A stretch of DNA of 64,000 nucleotides from Eledone cirrhosa (taxonomy: Eukaryota): positions 18,972,001 to 19,036,000 of the forward strand of contig OZ024748.1 in NCBI GenBank assembly GCA_964016885.1. The letters run 5' to 3'. Shown here one piece after another: positions 61,780-64,000 of the stretch. A program made the position numbers and the translations under genes. Numbering within the stretch: the first letter of the stretch is position 1; the number at the start of each line of letters is the position of its first letter. Under the pieces are notes generated by a model, which ran no database searches, was not told the origin of the DNA, and was given only the letters and a program-made list of their open reading frames with translations.

Positions 61780-61954
61780 GATAACAAAATATCGTTATAG
61801 GTAATCCAGTTAGAGGTTGTGAATACTTCTTATTATGGATAGTTTTAGCGTATTGTTCCGCAATTTTTAGACAACTTTATCAGTGAAACAATTGTTAGAC
61901 TGTAAATAAATCCCCTTTTTTTGTACTGTCGACCATGTTATTCTCCACCTTTTC

Positions 61955-62020
<66 letters not shown>

Positions 62021-62025
<5 letters not shown>

Positions 62026-62540
62026 TATAAACTACTCCATTCAATGGAAAGCCATCACTAAGTTCAAGCCATATGCAAGGGGAAATCCGTCGTTTGGACT
62101 ATGTATTGATGAACGAATAAATATTCTAAAGAGATTATGCAATAGTGATTGCCTAAACACGAGAAATGAATTCTTCACACATTGTTCACACGTCTCGAAA
62201 CACCTCTTACATAACTACAAAGCTCCGGATTGAATCACAACAACATCCCAATTTTCTTATCAACTAGAAACTTTTCGGACTTTCGCAGTTATCTTCCTTA
62301 CACCTCTCGCACGATTTTTAGTATTGCCTGTGTAAAAGTGACGGTTTCCGCGCATGCGCGTTCGTACGGTTGTCCTTCCTGTTCCGTATAACCATGTCCA
62401 TTACGAGCTGAGGATCCGCTAAGGTGAAACAATTGTTCTCGGTATGGTGAACTAACCGTTGTGTAACCATTTCTACCTAACTCGTCCCATGGACTGAGTG
62501 CTCTACCACTACGGATATTACCTTCCAGTGTTCTACCACT
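62021..62540 (+). mobile_element. 3' fragment of a second PLE lineage (endonuclease C-terminus + hammerhead-containing 3' repeat)
   Basis: Open frame 62030-62233 reads NYSIQWKAITKFKPYARGNPSFGLCIDERINILKRLCNSDCLNTRNEFFTHCSHVSKHLL. This fits the W...PY...C-L-C..E....LN.R.E....C.H PLE C-terminal pattern. (TA)n lies on both sides. Confidence 0.75.
62404..62441 (+). ncRNA. Type I minimal hammerhead ribozyme in PLE 3' repeat
   Basis: CGAG-CUGAGGA-uCC gcuaa GGu-GAAA-CAAUUG-UU-CUCG. Stem III loop is palindromic and stem II is short. Confidence 0.72.
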
Positions 62541-63098
62541 ATATATATATATATTTTTTTTTTTAATTTGAAAATTTTTTATTTCTTTAAAAATTACTTA
62601 ACTCCTAAAAATCTTTTTAAAAGGATTTTTTAAAAATTTTCTCAAAAATTTTTAAATTAAAAAAAAATTTTTTCAATATTCTTTTCAATATTTTTAAATG
62701 TATTTTTTAATATATTTTTCAATATATTTTTTCAATATATTCTTTTCAATACTTTTTAATATATTTTAAAATATATTTTTCAATATATTTTTTCAATATA
62801 TTTTCAATATTTTCTCAATATTTTTTCAATAGATTAATAACCACTAACTGATTCTGGCTAAATGTATCTTAAACATCCATACTTATTTTGACTAAATAGT
62901 CTCACACAAATAAATAAAACCGGAGTGTTTTCCTTATCTTCCCTTTTATCATATAAATATAAATATAAATATTCTTACTTAACTCAGTTAATTTAATTTA
63001 ATTTAACTTTAAATACATATTTATTTACATAAAATACAAAACAAATATCCCTCATAATTGATTTGAACAAATATCTATAACATGATATACCCATCTAT

Positions 63099-63129
<31 letters not shown>

Positions 63130-63551
63130 TCTACCTATAAACGAATGAAAAATATTATATTATAAACAAATTTTAAACAACTGATAATCGTATAATATCC
63201 TTTTAATATAAATACACATAATATTAAGATATATATTTACATATAAACATAGGTAATTGTCCGAATATATTTCCCTCAAATTAACGTTATATGAGTTTTT
63301 TTTTTATTAATCTTCGGTTTTTTCCTTCTCTCTCCCCCTCTCTCTCTCCCTCACTATTTTGTCCTTCTCTTCTCTCTTCTTTCTCTCCATAGTCGTTTAA
63401 ATAAACGGTTGTTTTTCAATTATTTACATATTCATTTGTATATTCACCCATAAGTTTGAAAAATCCCTAATACATTTCCACTATCCAGAGAATATCCAAC
63501 TGATAAGGTATGATTTTCCTGGGTATGTCTCTATTTATAAAACAAATTTTG

Positions 63552-63614
63552 TATTTTATCTGAAGATAGCGTACCAAAGTCTTTTGGAACCCTTGAAATA
63601 TATATAATAAAATA
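63552..63614 (+). ncRNA. Type I minimal hammerhead ribozyme (same family as 45.9 kb)
   Basis: UAUUUUAU-CUGAAGA-..CCAAAG uc UUUUGG..-GAAA-UAUAUA-UA-AUAAAAUA. The downstream ~45 nt match 45935-45975. Confidence 0.8.
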
Positions 63615-63659
63615 AATATGGTTTTATAAATATAGTTTCCATTTATTTAATATCATTGT

Positions 63660-63694
<35 letters not shown>

Positions 63695-63896
63695 ATATTA
63701 AGGATACTATTTATGGTTATGTATATACTAAACTTTTTATAGTTATATATATTTTAAACAGTGAAGGTCAATAATTTATTACTACCTTATTGCCAGTAAG
63801 ATAAATAGCTCAATGTAATAACATCAGTTGTTCTACAGAGCAGTTATATAGAATTCACAAGAATCAAAGCTATGTTCAAAGCATTTATTCACTTAC

Positions 63897-64000
63897 AATT
63901 GTTTCATCCAAACCTAGGCTTGGAGTCTTCGGAGCATTTTTCAATGTTTGTACACATAATTGACCTCCTTTCCAACGCAAGAGACATACAGATACATATG
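63897..64000 (-). CDS. Candidate host exon (open to window edge), unknown protein
   Basis: Open frame YVSVCLLRWKGGQLCVQTLKNAPKTPSLGLDETI ending at a phase-0 GTAAGT donor (63896-63891). Confidence 0.3.

Overview
AT-rich, microsatellite-saturated animal DNA. The SINE repertoire resembles octopus/coleoid cephalopod SINEs; that assignment is an inference. Almost all ORFs in the track are artefacts of (TA)n, (CA)n, (CCA)n and similar repeats, and no intact host gene is evident. Recognisable content: about 20 copies of a tRNA-headed Nin-type SINE and 5 CORE-like SINEs. There are also decayed R4/Dong, CRE and CR1/L2-type LINE fragments, hAT and Tc1/mariner MITEs, and several minisatellites. Two Penelope-like element (PLE) coding remnants are present (RT + GIY-YIG at 22.0-23.4 kb; an endonuclease C-terminus at 62.0 kb). 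The most striking signal is a swarm of short inserts sitting in (TA)n tracts, from at least 10 unrelated sequence families. They share one architecture: (TA)n - inverted arm - forward arm - unpaired 3' tail - (TA)n. I can fold 11 type I hammerhead ribozyme cores by eye within them, including two perfect mirror-image ribozyme pairs, with compensatory stem changes between families and a GAGTRCT-like motif shared by many tails. One family is directly linked to the PLE ORF, so the swarm is best read as (TA)n-targeting, ribozyme-bearing PLE termini. Two possible minus-strand host exons lie at 59.7 and 63.9 kb (low confidence).
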